A stretch of 64,000 bases of DNA from Octopus vulgaris (lineage: Eukaryota), in assembly GCA_951406725.2 (NCBI GenBank), contig OX597821.1, positions 47,120,001 through 47,184,000 on the forward strand, written 5' to 3'. The translations under genes and the position numbers were made by a program. Of this stretch, positions 1-13,168 are shown piece by piece. The notes under the pieces are model-generated. The model ran no database searches. It was not told the origin of the DNA and saw only the letters and a list, made by a program, of their open reading frames with translations. The stretch's first letter is position 1; each line of letters starts with the position of its first letter.

Positions 1-267
1 ATTGGACAACGGCCATACAAGGGCACCGCCTTGAATTTAGCCGAACAAGTTGACCCCAGTACTTAGGATTTTAAGCCTGGTATTATTTTATCGGTGACTT
101 TTGCCGCTAATCTGTTGGTCGTACACAGGCAAACACCAGTTTTCAAGCGGTGGTGGAAAAAAGAAAAAAGCAAAAAAGACATAAGCAAAAAGACATACAT
201 ATACATTTATAGACACACGCACACACGCACACATACACACATATACATACATACATACATACATACA

Positions 268-347
<80 letters not shown>

Positions 348-505
348 TGAGTATGTGTCTGACGAGCTTTCAGGAAGTTTCTGTCTACCAAATTCACTCA
401 CAAGCATTCGTTGCCCTGGGCTATAGTAATAAACAATTTTCCAAATTACCTCCAAATCGCGTGGCTACAAAGCGAACTTGCTAAATACACAGCCAACCCA
501 AGCCT
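1..505 (-). mobile_element. SINE family B copy (tRNA-derived head, internal microsatellite), degenerate, tail end at window edge
   Basis: Matches copies at 32093, 34638 and 37453 (ggccat..gcaccgcc, gacccc..agtact, ttgccg..ctaa, caaattcactcacaagc, ggctatagta). Internal (ACAT)n(AT)n. Confidence 0.75.
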
Positions 506-533
506 GGAAACACACACACGCGCACACACACAC

Positions 534-571
<38 letters not shown>

Positions 572-1280
572 GCATTATCTGTATTTGCGTGTACGTATGT
601 GTGTACTCATAATTATTCACATCCACAAACAACACAAACTACTGATGCACCTAATCACAAACGTATTCGTGTGTGTGTGTGTGTTTAAGCGGATTTGTGC
701 TGATTCAGGTGTTGCACTTACTTGTGTTGCAGAGTATTTATGTATTTACGTCTTTATTTGAGTTTGTGTTGGGGGTTTGAGAAATGAGAACCATTGACCG
801 AGGTGGAAAGAAAGGGTGAAGACTATTCAGTAAAAGAAAGAGAGGAAAAATGACAGAAAGAGTGAGAGAGAGAGAGACAGAGAGATTGAATGTGATAGAG
901 ACAGAGAGATTGAATGAGAGAGAGAGAGAGAATCAGAGAGAGGGGGACAGAGAGAATGAGAATATGAAGGAGATGGCTAAAGAAACTACACGAAAGCTGT
1001 TGCAGCGTTTGCTTTTCTATAATATGATTGTTTAGATGTTTGTGTTGAGAGAAATAACGAAGCCGTTGACATTACATACTGCCACTAAACACCGTAAACC
1101 GTACATTGATTATCAATAAACAACTCAACAAATATTCGGTCTCCTGTTATAAAGTTTTTACAAATGGATTTATGGGGGGAAATAGTTCATGCATACATTA
1201 AAACAGATATAATCGTTTGCATTTGTATATGTTGGTAGATATGCTGACATATGTATATATATATATATACGTACATATGT

Positions 1281-1441
1281 ATGTTTGTATACATATATAT
1301 ATATACATGAACTGAAGGCCAGGATTATGGCAGCATTCACCAACTAAAACAAGGAAAACGACCAGAAGAGTTGCAAGAGATTCTGAATTCGTCTGCAGGC
1401 CGTGGCTGAAGCCAATGGTAATTTTATTGAATGCATGTATA

Positions 1442-1508
<67 letters not shown>

Positions 1509-1650
1509 TCAATAAAATTACCATTGGCTGCAGACGAATTCAGAATCTCTTGCAACTCTTCTGGTCGTTTTCCTTGTTTTAGTTGGTGAATGTTGCCATA
1601 ATCCTTGCCTTCAGTTCATATATATATATACATATATATGTATACAAACA
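1281..1650. repeat. Fold-back inverted repeat of a Tc1/maT transposase C-terminal fragment around a (TA)n spacer
   Basis: 1307-1439 is the reverse complement of 1500-1620, with a few substitutions and a 13-nt indel. Left arm translates ELKARIMAAFTN*NKENDQKSCKRF*IRLQAVAEANGNFIE. Confidence 0.9.
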
Positions 1651-1665
1651 TATATATATATATAT

Positions 1666-1709
<44 letters not shown>

Positions 1710-1734
1710 ATATATATATTTATATTTATGTGTG

Positions 1735-1935
1735 TAAATAAGTGTAAACAAGGGAGACAGAGAAAGGCAGAAACAACACTATACAAATATTCTTTTAAAA
1801 AAACTTTTCTTTTAATTTTTCTAAATTTAATTATTTAATTGTTACAGTTGAAAAGGTCTCAAATGACTGAAACCGGTACTGAAATGTTCAAAATAAAATT
1901 ATTTTAGCATTTTCTTTCTTAACTTTTTTTTTCAT
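1735..1935 (+). mobile_element. Microsatellite-flanked cassette with a degenerate hammerhead (Penelope pLTR-like); homologous to 31690-31900
   Basis: 1845-1881 reads cag-TTGAAAA-ggtc..gact-GAAAC-cg-GTA-ctg. Flanks are shared with the 31690 copy (gtaaacaag.gagacagag, caaatattcttttaaaaaaa, ttttagcatttt). Confidence 0.6.
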
Positions 1936-1953
1936 ATATATATGTGTGTGTGC

Positions 1954-1988
<35 letters not shown>

Positions 1989-2144
1989 TCAATATAGGGT
2001 GGCAAAAAATTTCGTAGAATTTATTTGCCACCAGCGGCCTAGTGGGAAAAAAATTAAATAGTCATAGACCATTTATAAGTTCAACATCACAATCAAGGAA
2101 TGGCCATAATAGGCCATTCACCCACTAGAAATAACATCCAAAGC

Positions 2145-2204
<60 letters not shown>

Positions 2205-2211
2205 CACACAC

Positions 2212-2263
<52 letters not shown>

Positions 2264-2649
2264 AAACGACATAACGTATACTGAATGTAAAAGCAAACGG
2301 GGGACAAACAGAAAGTCCATAATTCTTCACCAGTTATCGACCAATGGTACTATTCAATTTCGTACCTTTATCGAAAGTTTTCATGCCTAGAATTAGGAAC
2401 AAGAGCAAACAAAACGAAACAAAACATGCAAAACGACACAGAGTGTGATCTAGGACGGTGGATGAGGATAAACAATCGAACAAAATAAAGCGTTGGGGCC
2501 AAGAAGACGAGAATAGTAGGTAACACTTAGAAAATGTTTTGAATGATAGAGAACGGAGAGACAGAATTTGCGACTGGTTAGTTAAGGGATCAGTCTAAGA
2601 AAGGAAGAAAAAGAGGAACTGGCTGCTGCTAAAGTTTCTGTTTTTTTAA

Positions 2650-3486
2650 TGTAAAATATACTCTCCATCGTTTTCTACAATGATCTCCCATCTATCTAGC
2701 AGACTTGCAAGGCTTCTCTTCCAAAATTCACTTGTCTGTGACAAAAAAATACTCAACCAGCACTGTTCTGACCTCACCTACCGAATTCATATTTTTTTCC
2801 CTCCAAATGATTTTGAAGACTGCGGAATAAATGATAATCAGACGGGGCAATGTCCGGCGAATATGGTAAGTGAGGCATCGTTTCCCATTCAAACTGCTCC
2901 AGACTTAAGAATGTAATTCTATCTGTATGTGGCTGAGCATGATCCTGAGGGAAGAACATCTTTCGTCTTCAAATCATAGCTGGTCGTTTTTCTTCTACCG
3001 CTGGCTTGAATGACTGGTTGAATGACCAAATCCAAGCTTCTCTGCCAGTTCCTCAACGGTTACGATGGGATTTTTTTCCACCAGGGTTTGCAGGACGTCC
3101 TAGTCGGGCTCTACAGATCTTCCAGGACGAGGTCCGTCTTCTACTCTCTAGTTTCCGGCTAGGAATTTCTGGAATCACCGTTGACACTGGCTTACGCTTA
3201 TTATCCGATCTTCATAATATCCCTCGCACTTTTCGTTGCGTTGTTGCTTCTATTGAATTTATAAAGCAAAATATGTCGAATATGCTCCTTTGTCACTTCC
3301 ATTATCGCTTTGAAAAAATAACTGTTAAAATCGAACTGCACTCTTCAAAACTTACACTAAGAATAAGGACAACTTCAAATTACCACCTGTTTTTATAGCA
3401 AGTTGATGCGGGTAGTTTATCCCGTCCCCTCCTACTTTTAGTTCATGCAACTGAAAAAAACCGCATTATTTATGGGATGACCCAAT
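2650..3486 (-). mobile_element. Internally deleted mariner element, one TIR retained
   Basis: TIR-like end ccgcattatttatgggatgacccaata near 3460-3486. N-terminus MEVTKEHIRHILLYKF near 3302. C-terminal QDHAQPH..HLPYSPDIAPSDYHLFRSLQN. Confidence 0.9.
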
Positions 3487-3940
3487 ATTTTGTAATGGTT
3501 TTGAAGAGCTTCGCTGAGAATTATGATTCAGACAAACTGACATCACGACTTTATTTCCTAACAAAATATAGTCAATTACAGCTATTTCATTAATACTAGC
3601 AATACTAAAACATAAATATTACTTCTATCGCTACCCTCATTATCAATTCTTTATACTTTTTGGAAAAAATTTAATATATTCAATAGTGACAGGGGCAGTT
3701 TTAATACTAGGAGGTAATATTTATCCGTACTTAAACGTGGATGTTCTATTGGAACAAACTATACTGCTGTATAGAGTAACTCGCATATTGTGTTTTGGTG
3801 CAAAATCTGCTCATCGCTAGCGAGGAGATAAATCGCTGAGACCATTAGATCAAGTAATTTCAACCTTCCTTCGTATGGTCAATGATGGACGCTCGACCGC
3901 TAGAGATAGCAGCGACTCACCTCCCCACCAGCGATATATA

Positions 3941-5210
3941 TTAGGTTGTTCCGAAAATAATGGCCCCCTCTAAATGTTGTGTTATGAAACGCAATTTTAT
4001 CATAGTGTTTTAATTGTATTTTAGTTGAATTTCGACATACTTAATAATTGATGTATGTTCTTAAATAATTTTCTACTTATTTCAGACTGTAAACATTCTT
4101 GAAGCATAGGCGCCCTTAATTATGAACATGACAAAAATGGACCTTCGCTTACTTACCTTGAGTTCAAGCTTAGGCACAATGCCTCCCAAACTGCTGCTAG
4201 TATCAACCGAATATAGGGAGAGAGGTCCACAAGTGATTGCATAGTGCGAAGGTGTTTTCAGAAATTCCGTAGTGGTGATGAGAGCCTTGAAGATGGAGAA
4301 GGTAGAGATCGCCATGCAATCTTGACAATGAACAATTGAAAGTAATTGTTAACAACGTCAAGGTGTCAGAGAAATGTCTCCAGCACTTGGTGTCGGTATT
4401 GCAACTGTCTTACGCAATCTTCAGAAGATTGGAAATGTGAAAAAGCTCAATAAATGGGTGCCGCATGAGCTCAATGAAAATCAAAAATTCGGCGTTCTGA
4501 AATGTGCTCAAGGTTCTTTCTGCGAAACACTAATGATCCTTTTCTTGACCGAATAGTAGCTTTTGATGAAAAGTGGATCCTTTATGATAACCGTAAACGA
4601 TCAGGTCAATGACTTGATCATGATGAGTCCTCCAAACGTTGCCCAAAACCAAAGTTGCATCACTAAAAGATTAAGGTGACTGTCTGGTGGTCTGCAATTG
4701 TTGTTGTCCATTACAGCTTTCTGCAACCCATAAGAGCATTACAGTAAAGATTTATTGCAATCCACTCGCTGAAATGTATGCTCACTTGCAAAATATGAAG
4801 CCTGCATTGGTGAATAGGCGTGACCCAATTCTGCCCCACGATAATGCAAAGACACATGTTGGAAGAATGATGCTGCAGAAACTCACAAACTTGGGATACG
4901 AGACTTTACCACATACTCCATATTCTTCTGATCTTTCATCCAATGACTACCATTTTTAAGCATTTAAACACGTTTTTAAGTGATAAAACTTTCAAATCCA
5001 AACCAGCGGTGGAATCAGCTTTCAAAGATTTCTTGGCATCAAAGCCAATAAGTTTTTTATCAACGAGGTACAAATAATTTCGCTCATCGGTGGCAGAGAT
5101 GCATAAATGCTGACGGTTCATTCTTTGACTAATCAAAACATTTCTATAGTTAATTTTTCCAGAATAGAATTATGCTTCTGAAATCGGCCATTATTTTCGG
5201 AACAACCTAC
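3941..5210 (+). mobile_element. Full-length decayed mariner (DD34D) element
   Basis: TIRs ttaggttgttccgaaaataatggcc (3941-3965) and 5186-5210 match at 24/25, with TA flanks. WVPHEL, HDNAKTH and PYSSDL motifs are broken by stops and frameshifts. Confidence 0.95.
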
Positions 5211-5719
5211 TAGAATAACAGCGCTAGGATAAGCGCTGGTATCGCAATTAGCCAGTGAAGTAGTTTTAAAAAAACCAATATATTCGATGCTACATATATA
5301 GATGCGTGGTCACCGAGGACACTACACAACCACTTCATTTTGAATTCAATCCCATTATGCTACACATTGGGCAGTATTTTCTACAAAAGCCTTCCACGAG
5401 AAGTACGTTGTGAGCGGGGTTTAGGTGGCGGAACATGTGCAATAAAAATCAGCAAAGAATACCGACATAAATACACACACACACACACACATACACACAC
5501 ACAAATACACACCTTTATATACATATGCGTATAAGTTTGTCTGCGCATGCTTGTTATGTGTGCGATTGCATTATATACAATAGAAACATCGGCGATGAAA
5601 CCGAAGAAATAAACGTTACTTTATGAAGGGACATCCCCGTATAGATTTAGACAATTTCTTGTCACGTGACCCAAGTAAAATATTAGGTAATGACTATATT
5701 GTTCACCCATATTTATTAT

Positions 5720-6068
5720 CCAATGAAAAATGCGAACGCATACTAACAATATTCTTAATTAAACCTGGAAAAGTAGAGGACAAGAAAAAACTCATTAAAA
5801 TTACAGCTTAAAATATTGCTGCTAAATTTAAAGTTAAAAAGTTCCTCTTAGGTACTTTTTCCTTTTTTTAAAAATTGAATTAATTTCATTTTTCCTTTTT
5901 TATTTTGATTTTATTTTTTGTACTAAATGAATTAATAGAAAAAAATTAAATTTTAATTTTAGCGGCAATATTTTAAGCTCTAATTTTAATGAGTGTTTTT
6001 CTTGTCCTCTACATATCCAGGTTTAATTGTTAAGAATATTGTTTGTATGCGTCCGCATTTTTCATTGG
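5720..6068. repeat. About 120-bp inverted repeat (5720-5836 / 5949-6068) with an AT-rich spacer; MITE/fold-back-like
   Basis: ccaatgaaaaatgcg..gtagaggacaagaaaaa..aaatattgc is mirrored by gcaatatttt..ttcttgtcctctac..cgcatttttcattgg. Confidence 0.85.
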
Positions 6069-6761
6069 CTAGTCCAGTGTTTTTACAGGCATTACAGTAA
6101 TAGCTAAATTTTAATTAAAAATATATAAACTTACCGTTTTTTTTTGCAGTCATTTTAAATTCAAAAATATTCCAAGAAAATTCAAACAATAGTTTGATTT
6201 TTTTCATTTGACTAATTCTTATTAAGAAATTAAATTTAAAATAAATGATAATCATTGCAACTTTGCCTTTTCTGGATATAATATACATACTATAATTTCG
6301 GTACTGTATAGAGACAAAGTTACAAATGAATATATTTAAAGAATTTTAAAAATAATGGGAAAAAATGAGGATACAGATTTAATAAAATAACTTTATTTTA
6401 AATAAATTAAATTAAATTAATATTGAATAGAATATAATTACAAGTAGCATTTGTCTTTCCTGAAGGGCCTTACTACAGACTTCATTACTGCTCATAGAGC
6501 CAAAGCCACAAATAATGATATTCTATTTACTACAAAATTAATAAATAAATTGTAAATAAAGTCATTAGCATGCAAATAATTATCCCCACGTTTAAAAATT
6601 TAAAAATAGTGAAAATTGACTGCTAAAATATTTGAATTTTTGTCATATGACTTTTCTGAACAACCCTACTACATGATTCAGTACTAATTATAGAGACAAA
6701 ATAATAAAAAATAATTCTATTAAATAATCTTGTTATTAAAATAATTTATTCAAATATGGAC

Positions 6762-7033
6762 TTACTTGCATAGCAAGTGACCTGATCTGAGATCGTGTGC
6801 TGGAACGAAAGCAATTGCAGCACGGAATTTTGTCAGTGAACAGGTCGCGGTCTCAAAGCGGCGAAAATATTTTGGGCAAATTAAATTTAAATGTTGAAGT
6901 GAATCTAACGGTTTTTGTGTGTTTCTTAAATGGACTTTAAAAACTCATACTCCAAAAAATTGAGCAGAAAATTTTGTTTTTTATAAAAAAAACTTGCATT
7001 AAAGACCCGTCGTTGCCGAGTTATAGTGCTAGT
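6762..7033 (+). mobile_element. Interspersed repeat homologous to 58298-58455, with internal inversion, ending in a Helitron-like hairpin plus CTAG
   Basis: gtgacctga.ctgagatcgtgtgct is shared in direct orientation. 6856-6950 matches 58360-58455 in reverse. 3' end reads acccgtcgttgccgagt..gctagt. Confidence 0.6.
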
Positions 7034-7789
7034 GCATGTATATATGTGTATATATATGTGTACATATTACATGTACATCTATATATATACATCTACACAT
7101 AAAATACAAAATACAAAGTTATATCTTGATATCGCTAGTGATAACAATACTCAAAATATATAACAGACTGGAATTGTTAGCCCGTACTTGTAATTTCGAT
7201 CAATTGTATCTTGTCCTCCCTCTTGTATAGAAGTGTGGCTACAATCCAGCCTACCTCTACTTCTGGCGGGGGGGGGGGGGGCATTTAGAATTTTTTTCCG
7301 TGACGTCCTACGTCCCAGATACAAAGGTAAAATTAAAATATTTCCACTTTGCAAGTTCGAGTCGAGTACTCCCTTGCACGCTCCGTTGACTCGAACCTTA
7401 CTTCTATTGTGGCGAATTTACCGCCTCTGATTAGATACCTTTCATAGTCGCACCAAGACACCTTTCGAAGGTGCTTCCCTCCATGTTTTCAAATCTTCTT
7501 TTTTCTCTACATTGTATACTTTATAGACAATAGTCTTTTCTTTAATTTAATTTTTTATTATCCATCTGGACTATTCCATTTCTGCACTCTAATTTTATTT
7601 TTAATTTATTCCCATTCATGTGAAACCACTTATTCAAGTTCAAGTCATTGATGCAATTTTATACCAATTGCTATTTTTACTTTTTTTTATGTTACGATTA
7701 TAATATACTTTAGTTTGATTTTAATTATTACTTACTACATATAATTCAATTGTTATTATTATTTTTACTGTTAAAGTGAAAATATCTGA

Positions 7790-8162
7790 CATAAAATAGA
7801 GAAACGTTTTTGTTTCACTTTTAACACGTAATACTGAAATAGTGGAGAAGATATGATATTGCTATGGGTTGAACATTTCTTTTGCCCATGAAACTACATG
7901 GACCCTAAGTAAGGCATGTGTAAAATTTGAATAGAATTGGTTGTGTAGTTCTCAAGTTTTAGGGAATCGTAGTGGAGAAGATACGATATTGCTATGGGCT
8001 CGCCCTAGGCAAAAAGTTCAAAATATCTTTTGCCGATGACACTCCCCGGACCCTAAGTAAGGCATGTGTAAAATTTGAATGAAATTGGTTGTGTAGTTCT
8101 CAAGTTTTAGGGAAACACATAGACAGACAGACAGACATTCTCAGTTTTATATATATAAAGAT
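7790..8162 (-). mobile_element. Non-autonomous Helitron-like (Lep1-type) 5' portion with an internal tandem duplication of about 130 bp
   Basis: Minus strand begins atctttatatatataaaactgagaatgtctgtctgtctgtc. Units 7840-7967 and 7970-8115 share ggaccctaagtaaggcatgtgtaaaatttgaat..ctcaagttttagggaa. Confidence 0.6.
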
Positions 8163-8274
8163 AATTTAGACTTATGAAGATAAATATTAGAACTCTTTGT
8201 ATCGATTTGTGTTTTCTTTTATCTTTTGTTGTGTGTACGCTTAAGAAAAAGAATAGTTCATATATGAGTAGTGT

Positions 8275-9412
8275 GCATAACTACAGATTTCTGCCCCCAC
8301 CCCACCCGAAATTGGATGATCATTATTTTCAGAAAAATGAATATTTTTATAATGAAGTTTTCTACGAATATGTGTTATATCATGTAGATTCCGAATATAA
8401 AACATTTGGTGGGAAAGTGTTTTAGGATGGGGTGGGGTGAGAAGTTTCACAAATTCCCCGGAGTCCTCTTCAATTCGTCTTAACGTTCAAGAAAATGGAT
8501 ATTTCTTAATGCAATTCTCTGTAAATATACCTCGGACTATGTAGATTTCGAGGACATGGGATTTGGGGTTATTTTTGAGAACTGTTCTTCACTAAGGGGT
8601 GTTTCTGAACAAATCGTCCATATTTGTTTCATTTTCTCCTCTTTGCGCGTTTGTGTATCCGTAGATTTCTACCACACACACACGCGCGCGCGCACACACA
8701 CACACACACTTACATATGTAAATAACAAGTTCAAACGAGGAATTATTCCATTCAATATCATGCTTATTATAGAGATTATGTAACAAATTATACTTTACAC
8801 TTCTATATTTAACTGGGTATGAAAAATATTCCTTAATTTTGCTTCTGGTGTCTACTGCCTTTCTTTTAGAATCGTTTACCTAGGAATTTATTTCAAATGA
8901 AAAAAAAAACGTATGCAACAGATAAGTTTTCTTAATAACATATTTCTGTGTACCAGACCTATAGCTGTTATTTTTAGCATAACGAGTTTTCTGGTGACGG
9001 CTTCGTTTGTCTGCATTGCACAAATGCACAAAACGGAGAAAAAGAAACAAATATGGAAGACTTTTTCGAAACACCCCCAAGTGGGGAACAGTTCTCAAAA
9101 ATAACCCTCGATTGTTTTCCCCTCAAAATTCCTATGTCCTCGGAATCTACAAAGTCCGAAGTATATTCGTAGAGGATTTTATTAAAAAGTATCCATTTTC
9201 TTGAAAGTAAAACTTGATTGAAGAGGACTCCAGTGAATTTTCCGAAATTCCCCATCTCATCACTCCTAAAGCACTTAACCCCAAAATTTTGTATATTCGA
9301 AATCTATATGATATAACACATATTCGTAGAAGATTTCATTAAAAAATATTCATTTTTCTGAAAGTTATGATCATCCAAATTCAGGGGCGGGGGCAGAAAT
9401 CTTTAGGTATGC
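8275..9412. mobile_element. Fold-back/MITE-like element with diverged inverted arms of about 380 bp (8275-8655 / 9019-9412)
   Basis: Colinear reverse-complement blocks: gatttctgccccc, ttggatgatcat, ctacgaatatgtgttatatcat, ggagtcctcttcaat, ttatttttgagaactgttc. Confidence 0.85.
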
Positions 9413-10679
9413 CTGAGTATGCCCTTTAATATCACGCAAAAATTGATAAAAATTTGAGAATTAAAATTAAATATCTTTTTTCTAACAGATAAAATTTTAC
9501 GAAACCTTTACCAATATATTCCTTTAACATTTCTCCTTCATATCAATATCAATATAACAATTCGTAATCAAAATTAAAAGAATGGTGTGGATTCACATTG
9601 TCGATGTCGGACGTTACCTTCCGCCAGACCAGTTTGGTCTATACATTTTATCTCTCAACTTTTGTTCTACAGCACCAGATTTTAAGTATTTATATCTAAA
9701 TGTAGCTTAACACTAGTCACACATAATAAAAGAAAACTAAATTTGATTTCAATTAAAACTGAATTAGTGAGATTGATTGGAAGACGCCGACTGCGACAAA
9801 AAAGCTTCGTTAAGAATATTATTCAACTACTATTGAATGATAAATACACTAAATATGATAAGTCAAGAAATTAGTGCGGTGTAACAAGACCTCGATGGCT
9901 TTTCCCTTTTGCTTCAGCGCTTGCTTTTGTATCTTTAATCTACTTGCCGATATTTCTCACACCATGTAACACGTAATTTCTTCTGTAGCCAAATCAATTA
10001 ATCCTTAGATGTTCCAGTCAAGTCAACTGAGAATAATTACTGCAAGGCTATAACACATTGAAAATGTAAATATTAGCATTCAGTTCAGTTGCTTCTCCAG
10101 TAGTAATAGATAATTCCCTACAATATCAGCTTTATAAAAGACATCAATAATCGTGGTGATGTGTGTTGATGAGGGTCAGAACTTGGACTCTGATTACGGG
10201 CTGCTCAAAAGGGAGCTGATCAGCTGAAGACAATATATTTTCATTCTACATGTGTATCAGCCATGTGCATCAGACATGCATATATCAGACATTTTTCTAA
10301 TAAAACGGACGGATATCGTACTCGATCAAGGAATCACTATCAATATTACAAGTAATTCCTGAAAAATTACTACCACATTTTAATCTAATAGTTCAAACCT
10401 CTATCAGCGCCAACATCAATAACATCCTCTCCACCAAATCATTTCCAACTCCTGTTAGATCCCCGGTTTCCTTCATATATAAAATGCGTAAATGAAAAGA
10501 GGAAAATAGACAAGATTCCGTGAGCACTGAGGTAGAGCAAAAAGAAAATCATATTCATTCAACGCGTCTAGAGCAACGCAGTGGAGGAAGGTAGCGTCCC
10601 ATTCGAAACTATACACATGGTTAGATTTGAACTCAGCATTCCAGGCAAGCAAACCGCTTTAAATATACATTATTTCTGT

Positions 10680-11500
10680 TTCCCACTCCACCTTCACTTT
10701 CCTTTTCAAGTGAATGAGTAAAGTGTCTTTCTTCAGTACTTTCACCCTGTCTACCATACAATCACTTTCGCTAAAGCCACCAAACAAGTAAACATTGTCA
10801 GCCTTTCCCACCCAAAGGAAGGCGACAGGATGATTCTCGCAAAGGAAGCAGCTGATAGCAAATGATACCTCCTGACCGGTAGAATGCGTTCCTTGCATGG
10901 AAAGTGGAAGAGCAAATATTTCAGGCTACTCAGACGTGAAACTGGTGCAAGGTACGACGATCAGGCGGCAATGTATGGCAGAGTCGATACAAGGTCTGTC
11001 AGACTTCCAGAGATAGCTTTCTCTGGTGTCTGATACTGTGACAGCGATGTCGTCAGCATATACTGTCACATCACTTCATTATTCTAGCTTATGCAGATAC
11101 CCCTTAACTACTCTAGTATCTGCAATGGTGGCTCAACTGTTAAAAAATATAGTAGAAGAAATGAGAAGGGAAAACTTTGACGGGCCGAGTACATGATGAA
11201 GGATGCTTCCAATATGTGACCAAGCATTCTCAGCACTGAGCAAATGTCGCTCTACATTGCTGCAATCCAACTGAGGAATACGGGACCGAAAGTGGAGGTT
11301 GTAGATAGACCTGTACAGGACGGCTCAAGCTTGTGTATCACTCATTTGACCATCGACGACTATCGCCAACTTCTTTAGATAAAATTTTGAAATTTCCATT
11401 TAACAGCTTTATAGGCTGAAAATTACAGATGTAGTCTTCCTTGTTTGGGATTTTCTGGGCAAAATTCTTCCAGTTGTTACTTCTTTCAACAAAATGGTCT
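10680..11500 (-). pseudogene. Decayed LINE reverse transcriptase fragment (L1/Tx1-like)
   Basis: Minus-strand VTVYADDIA near 11043-11069 and QPIKLLNGNFKILSK (resembles RPISLLNxDYKILSK) near 11375-11418. Many disruptions. Confidence 0.65.
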
Positions 11501-11962
11501 GTATTTAGTTTTTCTTGATCAAAAGAACACTTGCAAATACTAGTGTTTCGTTAATGTTCGTTTGAAATTCGTTTGGGAAAGTACATGTAGGTGTAGTGTT
11601 CTTGACTAAAGTTGCTGCCAAATGTGCTGTTTGCTGTGTTTGGGAATTTCATGTTTCGTATTTGGGATTTTCTGTTTTGCCATTTCATACCATTTGCTTG
11701 TCTTCATTAATGCTTTTTGTTTGTTTGTTTGTTTTTAAATATTTTGTAGTTACTTTCGTGGGACCGTGTAGTTACTTTCGTAGGACTCATGTTCTGACTA
11801 AACTAAAACACTTTTAAAAAACCTAGCTCGTTGTGTAAACCCAGTATGGGATAGACATTACAAATCGCTGAACACTAGCCCTTGTTTGAAATAATATCCA
11901 AGACGAAAAGTAATTTCTTCAGTTATACTTGAAATGCATTAAGAGTCTTCGGACTATCTACT

Positions 11963-12014
<52 letters not shown>

Positions 12015-12056
12015 ATCTATTTAAGTTTAAAAGCCTGAAGGAGTCAACAGCAGCAA

Positions 12057-12486
12057 ATGATGATGATGACGATGATGATGATGACGATGATGATGATGAC
12101 GATGATGATGACGATGACGACGATGACGACGATGATGACGATGACGACGACGACAACGATGAGGATGATGATGATGATGACGATGACGACGATGACGACG
12201 ATGATGACGATGACGATGATGAGGATGATGATGATGATGATAATGATGATGATGATGATAATGATGATGACGACGATGACGACGATGATGGCGATGACGA
12301 CGATGAGGATGATGATGATGATGATGATGATAACGATGACGATGATGACGACGATGATGACGATGATGACGATGACGATGATGAGGATGATGATGATGAT
12401 AATGATGATGATGATGTTGATGATGATAATGATGATGACGACGACGACGACGACAACAATGATTTTGATGATGATGATGATGATGA
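12057..12486. repeat. About 430-bp (GAT/GAC)n trinucleotide array with higher-order variant units
   Basis: Direct inspection. It generates the poly-M/T, poly-S, poly-H/R and poly-I/V ORFs. Confidence 0.95.
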
Positions 12487-12853
12487 AAGAGACAATGATT
12501 AGCAAAACAGTCAAGTGGAGGACAAGATGTCATGAAATATTAGCTACGTAACTGCATTTTGATTTCAAATCACGCCAAAGTCAATTTTGATTTTTAAGTC
12601 TTTTGGGGGACAATAAAATATGTAACAGGCATGAATAGCGATGATATAGTCAGCAGGATCACTCGTCAGATTTCTGCGCTTGAGCTAATGATATAATTCA
12701 TCATTGCAAACAAAAAGAAAAACATTAAATTATTAGAATTTTTAAAAGATCACGTTTTGAAGCCTGTGTTAATAATTCTTTAGTCTGTTATATAGCTCTT
12801 TTTATTATTCATATTTTCAGCTACATTTGGCTGAAGTTATAATTGTTCCAATT

Positions 12854-13085
12854 AAGGCGGCGAGCTGGCAGACACGTTAGCGCGCCGGGCGAAATGCTTA
12901 ACTATATTTCGTCTGTCGTTACGTTCTGAGTTCAAATTCCGCCGAGGTCGACTTTGCCTTTCATCCTTTCGGGGTCGATAAATTAAGTACCAGTTTCGCA
13001 CTGGGGTCGATGTAATTGACTTAATCTGTTTGTCTGTCTTTGTTTGTCCCCTTTATGTTTAGCCCCTTGTGGGCAGTAAAGAAAT
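12854..13085 (+). mobile_element. SINE family A (tRNA-derived, about 230 bp)
   Basis: aaggcggcgagctggcag head with A-box-like tggcagacacgtt and B-box gagttcaaattcc. Core gcctttcatcctttcggggtcgataaattaagtaccag. Tail agccccttgtggg..aaagaaat. Confidence 0.9.
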
Positions 13086-13168
13086 ATATAATTTTCTAAA
13101 TTTTAACTCAAATTTTAATTTATTATTATGTTCTTGGATTTAAAATTTAAAGTATTCTTTTCCGTTTA

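Noticed and set aside
3006-3398. 130-aa plus-strand ORF
   Set aside because: Antisense to a mariner remnant.
7840-8115. CRISPR-like repeat
   Set aside because: Only a two-unit tandem duplication without spacers, in a eukaryotic context with no cas genes.
12854-12945. tRNA gene
   Set aside because: A/B-box-like head of a multi-copy SINE; no cloverleaf or acceptor stem.
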